Source of the DNA: Eledone cirrhosa
Lineage: Eukaryota
Length of the DNA stretch: 64,000 bases
Reading direction: 5' to 3'
Assembly: GCA_964016885.1 (NCBI GenBank)
Contig: OZ024743.1
Coordinates: forward strand, 211,296,001-211,360,000
Positions within the stretch are counted from its first letter, which is position 1. Every line of letters begins with the position of its first letter. Positions 41,601 to 55,500 of the stretch are shown in pieces. Made by a program: the position numbers and the translations under genes. The notes under the pieces are model-generated. The model ran no database searches. It saw nothing but the letters and a program-made list of their open reading frames with translations, and had not been told where the DNA came from.

Positions 41601-44600
41601 GCTCTGATATTACAGACATGGGGTTAGAATGTCTCAGAAAAGAATCACTAGAGAGCTGTTCAAGGTAGAGCCACTAATTCACTGAATTGAGAGATCACAG
41701 CTCTGATATTACAGACATGTGTTTAGAATGTCTGAGGAAAGAATCACTGGAGAGCTGTTCCAGGTAGAGCCACTAATTCACTGAATTGAGAGATCACAGC
41801 TCTGATATTACAGACATGTGGTTAGAATGTCTGAGGAAAGAATCTCTAGAGAGCTGTTCCAGGTAGAGCCGCTAATTCACTGAATTGAGAGATCACAGCT
41901 CTGATATTACAGACATGTGGTTAGAATGTCTGAGGAAAGAATCACTAGAGAGCTGTTCCAGGTAGAGCCACTAATTCACTGAATTGAGAGATCATAGCTC
42001 TGATACTACAGACATGTGGTTAGAATGTCTCAGGAAAGAATCACTAGAGAGCTGTTCCAGGTAGAGCCACTAATTCACCGAATTGAGAGATCATAGCTCT
42101 GATACTATAGACATGTGGTTAGAATGTCTCAGGAAAGAATCACTGGAGAGCTGTTCCAGGTAGAGCCACTAATTCACTGAATTGAGAGATCATAGCTCTG
42201 ATACTACAGACATGTGGTTAGAATGTCTGAGTAAAGAATCACTAGAGAGCTGTTCCAGGTAGAGCCACTAATTCACTGAATTGAGAGATCATTGCTCTGA
42301 TACTACAGACATGTGGTTAGAATGTCTCAGGAAAGAATCACTAGAGAGCTGTTCCAGGTAGAGCCACTAATTCACCGAATTGAGAGATCATAGCTCTGAT
42401 ACTACAGACATGTGGTTAGAATGTCTGAGGAAAGAATCACTAGAGAGCTGTTCCAGGTAGAGCCACTAATTCACTGAATTGAGAGATCATAGCTCTGATA
42501 CTACAGACATGTGGTTAGAATGTCTCAGGAAAGAATCACTAGAGAGCTGTTCCAGGTAGAGCCACTAATTCACCGAATTGAGAGATCATAGCTCTGATAC
42601 TATAGACATGTGGTTAGAATGTCTCAGGAAAGAATCACTGGAGAGCTGTTCCAGGTAGAGCCACTAATTCACTGAATTGAGAGATCATAGCTCTGATACT
42701 ACAGACATGTGGTTAGAATGTCTGAGGAAAGAATCACTAGAGAGCTGTTCCAGGTAGAGCCACTAATTCACTGAATTGAGAGATCATAGCTCTGATATTA
42801 CAGACATGTGGTTAGAATGTCTCAGGAAAGAATCACTAGAGAGCTGTTCCAGGTAGAGCCACTAATTCACTGAATTGAGAGATCACAGCTCTGATACTAT
42901 ATACATGGGGTTAGAAGGTCTGAGGAAAGAATCACTAGAGAGCTGTTCCAGGTAGAGCCACTAATTCACTGAATTGAGAGATCACAATTCTGATATTACA
43001 GACATGTGGTTAGAATGTCTGAGGAAAGAATCACGGGAGAGCTGTTCCAGGTAGAGCCACTAATTCACTGAATTGAGAGATCACAGCTCTGATATTACAG
43101 ACATGGGGTTAGAATGTCTGAGGAAAGAATCACTGGAGAGCTGTTGCAGGTAGAGCCACTAATTCACTGAATTGAGAGATCATAGCTCTGATATTACAGA
43201 CATGGGGTTAGAATGTCTGAGGAAAGAATCACTAGAGAGCTGTTCCAGGTAGAGCCACTAATTCACTGAATTGAGAGATCTCAGCTCTGATATTACAGAC
43301 ATGTGGTTAGAATGTCTGAGGAAAGAATAACTAGAGAGCTGTTCCAGGTAGAGCCACTAATTCACTGAATTGAGAGATCACAGCCCTGATATTACAGACA
43401 TGGGGTTAGAATGTCTGAGGAAAAAATCACTGGAGAGCTGTTCCAGGTAGAGCCACCAATTCACTGAATTGAGAGATTACAGCTCTGATATTACAGACAG
43501 GGGGTTAGAATGTCTGAGGAAAGAATCACTAGAGAGCTGTTCCAGGTAGAGCCGCTAATTCACTGAATTGAGAGATCATAGCTCTGATACTACAGACATG
43601 CGGTTAGAATGTCTGAGGAAAGAATCACTAGAGAGCTGTTCCAGGTAGAGCCGCTAATTCACTGAATTGAGAGATCATAGCTCTGATACTACAGACATGT
43701 GGTTAGAATGTCTGAGGAAAGAATCACTAGAGAGCTGTTCCAGGTAGAGCCACTAATTCACTGAATTGAGAGATCACAGCTCTGATATTACAGACATGGG
43801 GTTAGAATGTCTCAGGAAAGAATCACTAGATAGCTGTTCAAGGTAGAGCCACTAATTCACTGAATTGAGAGATCACAGCTCTGTTATTACAGACATGTGG
43901 TTAGAATGTCTGAGGAAAGAATCACTGGAGAGCTGTTCCAGGTAGAGCCTCTAATTCACTGAATTGAGAGATCACAGCTCTGATATTACAGACATGTGGT
44001 TAGAATGTCTCAGGAAAGAATCACTAGAGAGCTGTTCAAGGTAGAGCCACTAATTCACTGAATTGAGAGATCACAGCTCTGATATTACAGACATGTGGTT
44101 AGAATGTCTGAGGAAAGAATCACTGGAGAGCTGTTCCAGGTAGAGCCACTAATTCACTGAATTGAGAGATCACAGCTCTGATATTACAGACATGGGGTTA
44201 GAATGTCTGAGGAAAGAATCACTAGAGAGCTGTTCCAGGTAGAGCCGCTAATTCACTGAATTGAGAGATCATAGCTCTGATACTACAGACATGCGGTTAG
44301 AATGTCTGAGGAAAGAATCACTAGAGAGCTGTTCCAGGTAGAGCCGCTAATTCACTGAATTGAGAGATCATAGCTCTGATATTACAGACATGTGGTTAGA
44401 ATGTCTCAGGAAAGAATCACTGGAGAGCTGTTCCAGGTAGAGCCACTAATTCACTGAATTGAGAGATCACAGCTCTGATATTACAGACATGTGGTTAGAA
44501 TGTCTGAGGAAAGAATCACTACAGAGCTGTTCCAGGTAGAGCCGCTAATTCACTGAATTGAGAGATCACAGCTCTGATATTACAGACATGTGGTTAGAAT

Positions 44601-47124
44601 GTCTGAGGAAAGAATCACTAGAGAGCTGTTCCAGGTAGAGCCACTAATTCACTGAATTGAGAGATCATCGCTCTGATACTACAGACATGTGGTTAGAATG
44701 TCTCAGGAAAGAATCACTAGAGAGCTGTTCCAGGTAGAGCCACTAATTCACCGAATTGAGAGATCATGGCTCTGATACTACAGACGTGTGGTTAGAATGT
44801 CTGAGGAAAGAATCACTAGAGAGCTGTTCCAGGTAGAGCCACTAATTCACTGAATTGAGAGATCATAGCTCTGATATTACAGACATGTGGTTAGAATGTC
44901 TGAGGAAAGAATCACTAGAGAGCTGTTCCAGGTAGAGCCACTAATTTACTGAATTGAGAGATCACAGCTCTGATATTACAGACATGGGGTTAGAATGTCT
45001 GAGGAAAGAATTACTAGAGAGCTGTTCCAGGTGGAGCCACTAATTCACTGAATTGAGAGATCATAGCTCTGATACTACAGACATGTGGTTAGAATGTCTG
45101 AGGAAAGAATCACTAGAGAGCTGTTCCAGGTAGAGCCACTAATTCACTGAATTGAGAGATCACAGCTCTGAGAATACAGACATGTGGTTAGAATGTCTGA
45201 GGAAAGAGTCACTAGAGAGCTGTTCCAGGCAGAGCCACTAATTTACCGAATTGAGAGATCATAGCTCTGATACTACAGACATGGGGTTAGAATGTCTGAG
45301 GAAAGAATCACTAGAGAGCTGTTCCAGGTAGAGCCACTAATTCACTGAATTGAGAGATCACAGCTCTGATACTATAGACATGGGGTTAGAATGTCTGAGG
45401 AAAGAATCACTATAGAGCTGTTCCAGGTAGAGCCACTAATTCACTGAATTGAGAGATCACAATTCTGATATTACAGACATGTGATTAGAATGTCTGAGGA
45501 AAGAATCACTGGAGAGCTGTTCCAGGTAGAGCCACTAATTCACTGAATTGAGAGATCACAGCTCTGATATTACAGACATGGGGTTAGAATGTCTCAGGAA
45601 AGAATCACTAGAGTGCTGTTCAAGTTAGAGCCACTAATTCACTGAATTGAGAGATCACAGCTCTGATATTACAGACATGTGGTTAGAATGTCTGAGGAAA
45701 GAATCACTGGAGAGCTGTTCCAGGTAGAGCCACTAATTCACTGAATTGAGAGATCACAGCTCTGATATTACAGACATGTGGTTAGAATGTCTGAGGAAAG
45801 AATCACTAGAGAGCTGTTCCAGGTAGAGCCGCTAATTCATTGAATTGAGAGATCACAGCTCTGATATTACAGACATGGGGTTAGAATGTCTCAGAAAAGA
45901 ATCACTAGAGAGCTGTTCAAGGTAGAGCCACTAATTCACTGAATTGAGAGATCACAGCTCTGATATTACAGACATGTGTTTAGAATGTCTTAGGAAAGAA
46001 TCACTGGAGAGCTGTTCCAGGTAGAGCCACTAATTCACTGAATTGAGAGATCACAGCTCTGATATTACAGACATGTGGTTAGAATGTCTGAGGAAAGAAT
46101 CACTAGAGAGCTGTTCCAGGTAGAGCCGCTAATTCACTGAATTGAGAGATCACAGCTCTGATATTACAGACATGTGGTTAGAATGTCTGAGGAAAGAATC
46201 ACTAGAGAGCTGTTCCAGGTAGAGCCACTAATTCACTGAATTGAGAGATCATAGCTCTGATACTACAGACATGTGGTTAGAATGTCTCAGGAAAGAATCA
46301 CTAGAGAGCTGTTCCAGGTAGAGCCACTAATTCACCGAATTGAGAGATCATAGCTCTGATACTATAGACATGTGGTTAGAATGTCTCAGGAAAGAATCAC
46401 TGGAGAGCTGTTCCAGGTAGAGCCACTAATTCACTGAATTGAGAGATCATAGCTCTGATACTACAGACATGTGGTTAGAATGTCTGAGTAAAGAATCACT
46501 AGAGAGCTGTTCCAGGTAGAGCCACTAATTCACTGAATTGAGAGATCATAGCTCTGATACTACAGACATGTGGTTAGAATGTCTCAGGAAAGAATCACTA
46601 GAGAGCTGTTCCAGGTAGAGCCACTAATTCACCGAATTGAGAGATCATAGCTCTGATACTACAGACATGTGGTTAGAATGTCTGAGGAAAGAATCACTAG
46701 AGAGCTGTTCCAGGTAGAGCCACTAATTCACTGAATTGAGAGATCACAGCTCTGATACTACAGACATGTGGTTAGAATGTCTCAGGAAAGAATCACTAGA
46801 GAGCTGTTCCAGGTAGAGCCACTAATTCACCGAATTGAGAGATCATAGCTCTGATACTATAGACATGTGGTTAGAATGTCTCAGGAAAGAATCACTGGAG
46901 AGCTGTTCCAGGTAGAGCCACTAATTCACTGAATTGAGAGATCATAGCTCTGATACTACAGACATGTGGTTAGAATGTCTGAGGAAAGAATCACTAGAGA
47001 GCTGTTCCAGGTAGAGCCACTAATTCACTGAATTGAGAGATCATAGCTCTGATATTACAGACATGTGGTTAGAATGTCTCAGGAAAGAATCACTAGAGAG
47101 CTGTTCCAGGTAGAGCCACTAATT
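38611..47124 (+). repeat. Tandem 43-monomer (4257 bp) duplication
   Basis: tataTac 38645/42902, gaaaAaatc 39167/43424, ctgTtatt 39627/43884, cactaCag 40265/44522, ggCagag 40973/45230 and gagTaaag 42232/46489, all 4257 bp apart. Confidence 0.9.
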
Positions 47125-50100
47125 CACTGAATTGAGAGATCACAGCTCTGATATTACAGACATGTGGTTAGAATGTCTGAGGAAAGAATCACTAGAGAGC
47201 TGTTCCAGGTAGAGCCACTAATTCACTGAATTGAGAGATCACAGCTCTGATATTACAGACATGTGGTTAGAATGTCTAAGGAAAGAATCACTAGAGAGCT
47301 GTTCCAGGTAGAGCCGCTAATTCACTGAATTGAGAGATCACAGCTCTGATATTACAGACATGTGGTTAGAATGTCTCAGAAAAGAATCACTAGAGAGCTG
47401 TTCAAGGTAGAGCCACTAATTCACTGAATTGAGAGATCACAGCTCTGATATTACAGACATGTGGTTAGAATGTCTGAGGAAAGAATCACTGGAGAGCTGT
47501 TCCAGGTAGAGCCACTAATTCACTGAATTGAGAGATCACAGCTCTGATATTACAGACATGTGGTTAGAATGTCTGAGGAAAGAGTCACTGGAGAGCTGTT
47601 CCAGGTAGAGCCGCTAATTCACTGAATTGAGAGATCATAGCTCTGATACTACAGACATGCGGTTAGAATGTCTGAGGAAAGAATCACTAGAGAGCTGTTC
47701 CAGGTAGAGCCGCCAATTCACTGAATTGAGAGATCACAGCTCTGATATTACAGACATGTGGTTAGAATGTCTGAGGAAAGAATCACTAGAGAGCTGTTCC
47801 AGGTAGAGCCGCTAATTCACTGAATTGAGAGATCATAGCTCTGATACTACAGACATGCGGTTAGAATGTCTGAGGAAAGAATCACTAGAGAGCTGTTCCA
47901 GGTAGAGCCGCTAATTCACTGAATTGAGAGATCATAGCTCTGATACTACAGACATGTGGTTAGAATGTCTGAGGAAAGAATCACTAGAGAGCTGTTCCAG
48001 GTAGAGCCACTAATTCACTGAATTGAGAGATCACAGCTCTGATATTACAGACATGGGGTTAGAATGTCTCAGGAAAGAATCACTAGATAGCTGTTCAAGG
48101 TAGAGCCACTAATTCACTGAATTGAGAGATCACAGCTCTGTTATTACAGACATGTGGTTAGAATGTCTGAGGAAAGAATCACTGGAGAGCTGTTCCAGGT
48201 AGAGCCTCTAATTCACTGAATTGAGAGATCACAGCTCTGATATTACAGACATGTGGTTAGAATGTCTCAGGAAAGAATCACTAGAGAGCTGTTCAAGGTA
48301 GAGCCACTAATTCACTGAATTGAGAGATCACAGCTCTGATATTACAGACATGGGGTTAGAATGTCTGAGGAAAGCATCACTAGAGAGCTGTTCCAGGTAG
48401 AGCCACTAATTCACTGAATTGAGACATCACAGCTCTGATATTACAGACATGTGGTTAGAATGTCTGAGGAAAGAATCACTAGAGAGCTGTTCCAGGTAGA
48501 GCCGCTAATTCACTGAATTGAGAGATCATAGCTCTCATACTACAGACATGTGGTTAGAATGTCTGAGGAAAGAATCACTAGAGAGCTGTTCCAGGTAGAG
48601 CCACTAATTCACTGAATTGAGAGATCACAGCTCTGATACTACAGACATGTGGTTAAAATGTCTGAGGAAAGAATCACTAGAGAGCTGTTCCAGGTAGAGC
48701 CACTAATTCCCTGAATTGAGAGATTATAGCTCTGATACTACAGACATGTGGTTAGAATGTCTGAGGAAAGAATCACTAGCGTGCTGTTCCAGGTAGAGCC
48801 ACTAATTCACTGAATTGAGAGATCACAGCTCTGATACTACAGACATGTGGTTAGAATGTCTGAGGAAAGAATCGCTGGGGAGCTGTTCCAGGTAGAGCCA
48901 CTAATTCACTGAATTGAGAGATCACAGCTCTGATATTACAGACATGTGGTTAGAATGTCTGAGGAAAGAATCACTGGAGAGCTGTTCCAGGTAGAGCCAC
49001 TAATTCACTGAATTGAGAGATCACAGCTCTGATATTACAGACATGTGGTTAGAATGTCTGATGAAAGAATCACTAGAGAGCTGTTCCAGGTAGAGCCACT
49101 AATTCACTGAATTGAGAGATAATAGCTCTGATATTACAGACATGTGGTTAGAATGTCTGAGGAAAGAATCACTACAGAGCTGTTCCAGGTAGACCCACTA
49201 ATTCACTGAATTGAGAGATCACAGCTCTGATATTACAGACCTGTTGTTAGAATGTCTGAGGAAAGAATCACTAGAGAGCTGTTCCAGGTAGAGCCACTAA
49301 TTCACTGAATTGAGAGATCACAGCTCTGATATTACAGACATGTGGTTAGAATGTCTGAGTAAAGAATCACTGGAGCGCTGTTCCAGGTAGAGCCACTAAT
49401 TCACTGAATTGAGAGATAATAGCTCTGATATTACAGACATGTGGTTAGAATGTCTGAGGAAAGAATCTCTAGAGAGCTGTTCCAGGTAGAGCCACTAATT
49501 CACTGAATTTAGAGATCACAGCTCTGATATTACAGACATGTGGTTAGAATGTCTGAGGAAAGAATCACTGGAGAGCTGTTCCATGTAGAGCCACTAATTC
49601 ACTGAATTGAGAGATCATAGCTCTGATATTACAGACATGTGGTTACAATGTCTCAGGAAATAATCACTAGGGAGCTGTTCCAGGTAGAGCCACTAATTCA
49701 CTGAATTGAGAGATCACAGCTCTGATATTACAGACATGTGGTTAGAATGTCTGAGGAAAGAATCACTGGAGAGCTGTTCCAGGTAGAGCCACTAATTCAC
49801 TGAATAGAGAGATCACAGCTCTGATATTACAGACATGTGGTTAGAATGTCTGAGGAAAGAATCACTGGAGAGCTGTTCCAGGTAGAGCCACTAATTCACT
49901 GAATTGAGAGATCATATCTCTGATATTACAGACATGGGGTTAGAATGTCTCAGGAAAGAATCACTAGAGAGCTGTTCCAGGTAGAGCCACTAATTCACTG
50001 AATTGAGAGATCACAGCTCTGATATTACAGACATGTGGTTAGAATGTCTGAGGAAAGAATCACTGGAGAGCTGTTCCAGGTAGAGCCACTAATTCACTGA

Positions 50101-52569
50101 ATTGAGAGATCACAGCTCTGATATTACAGACATGGGGTGAGAATGTCTGAGGAAAGAAACACTAGAGAGCTGTTCCAGGTAGAGCCGCTAATTCACTGAA
50201 TGGAGAGATCATAGCTCTGATATTACAGACATGTGGTTAGAATGTCTCAGGAAAGAATCACTGGAGAGCTGTTCCAGGTAGAGCCACTAATTCACTGAAT
50301 TGAGAGATCACAGCTCTGATATTACAGACATGTGGTTAGAATGTCTGAGGAAAGAATCAGTAGAGAGCTGTTCCAGGTAGAGCCACTAATTCACTGAATT
50401 GAGAGATCATAGCTCTGATACTACAGACATGTGGCTAGAATGTCTCAGGAAAGAATCACTAGAGAGCTGTTCCAGGTAGAGCCACTAATTCACCGAATTG
50501 AGAGATCATGGCTCTGATACTACAGATGTGTGGTTAGAATGTCTGAGGAAAGAATCACTAGAGAGCTGTTCCAGGTAGAGCCACTAATTCACTGAATTGA
50601 GAGATCATAGCTCTGATATTACAGACATGTGGTTAGAATGTCTGAGGAAAGAATCACTAGAGAGCTGTTCCAGGTAGAGCCACTAATTCACTGAATTGAG
50701 AGATCACAGCTCTGATATTACAGACATGCGGTTAGAATGTCTGAGGAAAGAATTACTAGAGAACTGTTCCAGTTGGAGCCACTAATTCACTGAATTGAGA
50801 GATCATAGCTTTGATACTACAGACATGTGGTTAGAATGTCTGAGGAAAGAATAACTAGAGAGCTGTTCCAGGTAGAGCCACTAATTCAATGAATTGAGAG
50901 ATCACAGCTCTGATAATACAGACATGTGGTTAGAATGTCTGAGGAAAGAGTCACTAGAGAGGTGTTCCAGGCAGAGCCACGAATTTACCGAATTGAGAGA
51001 TCATAGCGCTGATACTACAGACATGTGGTTAGAATGTCTGAGGAAAGAATAACTAGAGAGCTGTTCCAGGTAGAGCCACTAATTCACTGAATTGAGAGAT
51101 CATAGCTCTCATACTATAGACATGTGGTTAGAATGTCTCAGGAAAGAATCACTGGAGAGCTGTTCCAGGTAGAGCCACTAATTCACTGAATTGAGAGATC
51201 ATAGCTCTGATACTACAGACATGTGGTTAGAATGTCTGAGGAAAGAATCACTAGAGAGCTGTTCCAGGTAGAGCCGCTAATTCACTGAATTGAGAGATCA
51301 CAGCTCTGATATTACAGACATGTGGTTAGAATGTCTCAGAAAAGAATCACTAGAGAGCTGTTCAAGGTAGAGCCACTAATTCACTGAATTGAGAGATCAC
51401 AGCCCTGATATTACAGACATGTGGTTAGAATGTCCCAGGAAAGAATCACTGGAGAGCTGTTCCGGGTAGAGCCACTAATTCACTGAATTGAGAGATCACA
51501 GCTCTGATATTACAGACATGTGGTTAGAATGTCTGAGGAAAGAATCACTAGAGAGCTGTTCCAGGTAGAGCCGCTAATTCACTGAATTTAGAGATCACAG
51601 CTTTGATATTACAGACATGTGGTTAGAATGTCTCAGAAAAGAATCACTAGAGAGCTGTTCAAGGTAGAGCCACTAATTCACTGAATTGAGAGATCACAGC
51701 TCTGATATTACAGACATGTGGTTAGAATGTCTGAGGAAAGAATCACTGGAGAGCTGTTCCGGGTAGAGCCACTAATTCACTGAATTGAGAGATCACAGCT
51801 CTGATATTACAGACATGTGGTTAGAATGTCTGAGGAAAGAATCACTAGAGAGCTGTTCCAGGTAGAGCCGCTAATTCACTGAATTGAGAGATCATAGCTC
51901 TGATACTACAGACATGCGGTTAGAATGTCTGAGGAAAGAATCACTAGAGAGCTGTTCCAGGTAGAGCCACTAATTCACTGAATTGAGAGATCATAGCTCT
52001 GATATTACAGACATGTGGTTAGAATGTCTGAGGAAAGAATCACTAGAGAGCTGTTCCAGGTAGAGCCGCTAATTCACTGAATTGAGAGATCACAGCTCTG
52101 ATATTACAGACATGTGGTTAGAATGTCTCAGAAAAGAATCACTAGAGAGCTGTTCAAGGTAGAGTCACTAATTCACTGAATTGAGAGATCACAGCTCTGA
52201 TATTACAGACATGTGGTTAGAATGTCTGAGGAAAGAATCACTGGAGAGCTGTTCCGGGTAGAGCCACGAATTTACCAAATTGAGAGATCATAGCGCTGAT
52301 ACTACAGACATGTGGTTAGAATGTCTGAGGAAAGAATAACTAGAGAGCTGTTCCAGGTAGAGCCACTAATTCACTGAATTGAGAGATCATAGCTCTCATA
52401 CTATAGACATGTGGTTAGAATGTCTCAGGAAAGAATCACTGGAGAGCTGTTCCAGGTAGAGCCACTAATTCACTGAATTGAGAGATCATAGCTCTGATAC
52501 TACAGACATGTGGTTAGAATGTCTGAGGAAAGAATCACTAGAGAGCTGTTCCAGGTAGAGCCACTAATT

Positions 52570-55500
52570 CACCGAATTGAGAGATCATAGCTCTGATATT
52601 ACAGACATGAGGTTAGAATGTCTGAGGAAAGAATCACTAGAGAGCTGTTCCAGGTAGAGCCGCTAATTCACTGAATTGAGAGATCAAAGCTCTGATATTA
52701 CAGACATGTGGTTAGGATGTCTCAGAAAATAATCACTAGAGAGTTGTTAAAGGTAGAGCCACTAATTCACTGAATTACGAGATCACAGCTCTGATATTAC
52801 AGACATGTGGTTAGAATGTCTGAGGAAAGAATCACTAGAGAGCTGTTCCAGGTAGAGCCACTAATTCACTGAATTGAGAGATCACAGCTCTGATACTACA
52901 GACATGTGGTTAGAATGTCTGAGGAAAGAATCACTAGAGAGCTGTTCCAGGTAGAGCCACTAATTCACTGAATTGAGAGATTATAGCTCTGATACTACAG
53001 ACATGTGGTTAGAATGTCTGAAGAAAGAATCACTAGAGAGCTGTTCCAGGTAGAGCCACTAATTCACTGAATTGAGAGATCACAGCTCTGATACTACAGA
53101 CATGTGGTTAGAATGTCTGATGAAAGAATCGCTGGGGAGTTGTTCCAGGTAGAGCCACTAATTCACTGAATTGAGAGATCACAGCTCTGATATTACAGAC
53201 ATGTGGTTAGAATGTCTGAGGAAAGAGTCACTGGAGAGCTGTTCCAGGTAGAGCCACTAATTCACTGAATTGAGAGATCACAGCTCTGATATTACAGACA
53301 TGAGGTTAGAATGTCTGATGAAAGAATCACTAGAGAGCTGTTCCAGGTAGAGCCACTAATTCACTGAATTGAGAGATAATAGCTCTGATATTACAGACAT
53401 GTGGTTAGAATGTCTGAGGAAAGAATCACTAGAGAGCTGTTCCAGGTAGACCCACTAATTCACTGAATTGAGAGATCACAGCTCTGATATTACAGACCTG
53501 TGCTTAGAATGTCTGAGGAAAGAATCACTAGAGAGCTGTTCCAGGTAGAGCCACTAATTCACTGAATTGAGAGATCACAGCTCTGATATTACAGACATGT
53601 GGTTAGAATGTCTGAGTAAAGAATCACTGGAGCGCTGTTCCAGGTAGAGCCACTAATTCACTGAATTGAGAGATAATAGCTCTGATATTACAGACATGTG
53701 GTTAGAATGTCTGAGGAAAGAATCACTAGAGAGCTGTTCCAGGTAGAGTCACTAATTCACTGAATTTAGAGATCACAGCTCTGATATTACAGACATGTGG
53801 TTAGAATGTCTGAGGAAAGAATCACTGGAGAGCTGTTCCAGGTAGAGCCACTAATTCACTGAATTGAGAGATCATAGCTCTGATATTACAGACATGTGGT
53901 TACAATGTCTCAGGAAAGAATCACTAGGGAGCTGTTCCAGGTAGATCCACTAATTCACTGAATTGAGAGATCACAGCTCTGATATTACAGACATGTGGTT
54001 AGAATGTCTGAGGAAAGAATCACTGGAGAGCTGTTCCAGGTAGAGCCACTAATTCACTGAATAGAGAGATCACAGCTCTGATATTACAGACATGTGGTTA
54101 CAATGTCTGAGGAAAGAATCACTGGAGAGCTGTTCCAGGTAGAGCCACTAATTCACTGAATTGAGAGATCATATCTCTGATATTACAGACATGGGGTTAG
54201 AATGTCTCAGGAAAGAATCACTAGAGAGCTGTTCCAGGTAGAGCCACTAATTCACTGAATTGAGAGATCACAGCTCTGATATTACAGACATGTGGTTAGA
54301 ATGTCTGAGGAAAGAATCACTGGAGAGCTGTTCCAGGTAGAGCCACTAATTCACTGAATTGAGAGATCATAGCTCTGATACTACAGACATGTGGTTAGAA
54401 TGTCTGAGGAAAGAATCACTAGAGAGCTGTTCCAGGTAGAGCCGCTAATTCACTGAATTGAGAGATCATAGCTCTGATATTACAGACATGTGGTTAGAAT
54501 GTCTGAGGAAAGAATCACTAGAGAGCTGTTCCAGGTAGAGCCACTAATTCACTGAATTGAGAGATCATAGCTCTGATATTACAGACATGAGGTTAGAATG
54601 TCTGAGGAAAGAATCACTAGAGAGCTGTTCCAGGTAGAGCCGCTAATTCACTGAATTGAGAGATCAAAGCTCTGATATTACAGACATGTGGTTAGGATGT
54701 CTCAGAAAATAATCACTAGAGAGTTGTTAAAGGTAGAGCCACTAATTCACTGAAGTACGAGATCACAGCTCTGATATTACAGACATGTGGTTAGAATGTC
54801 TGAGGAAAGAATCACTAGAGAGCTGTTCCAGGTAGAGCCACTAATTCACTGAATTGAGAGATCACAGCTCTGATACTACAGACATGTGGTTAGAATGTCT
54901 GAGGAAAGAATCACTAGAGAGCTGTTCCAGGTAGAGCCACTAATTCACTGAATTGAGAGATTATAGCTCTGATACTACAGACATGTGGTTAGAATGTCTG
55001 AGGAAAGAATCACTAGAGAGCTGTTCCAGGTAGAGCCACTAATTCACTGAATTGAGAGATCACAGCTCTGATACTACAGACATGTGGTTAGAATGTCTGA
55101 TGAAAGAATCGCTGGGGAGTTGTTCCAGGTAGAGCCACTAATTCACTGAATTGAGAGATCACAGCTCTGATATTACAGACATGTGGTTAGAATGTCTGAG
55201 GAAAGAGTCACTGGAGAGCTGTTCCAGGTAGAGCCACTAATTCACTGAATTGAGAGATCACAGCTCTGATATTACAGACATGAGGTTAGAATGTCTGATG
55301 AAAGAATCACTAGAGAGCTGTTCCAGGTAGAGCCACTAATTCACTGAATTGAGAGATAATAGCTCTGATATTACAGACATGTGGTTAGAATGTCTGAGGA
55401 AAGAATCACTAGAGAGCTGTTCCAGGTAGACCCACTAATTCACTGAATTGAGAGATCACAGCTCTGATATTACAGACCTGTGCTTAGAATGTCTGAGGAA

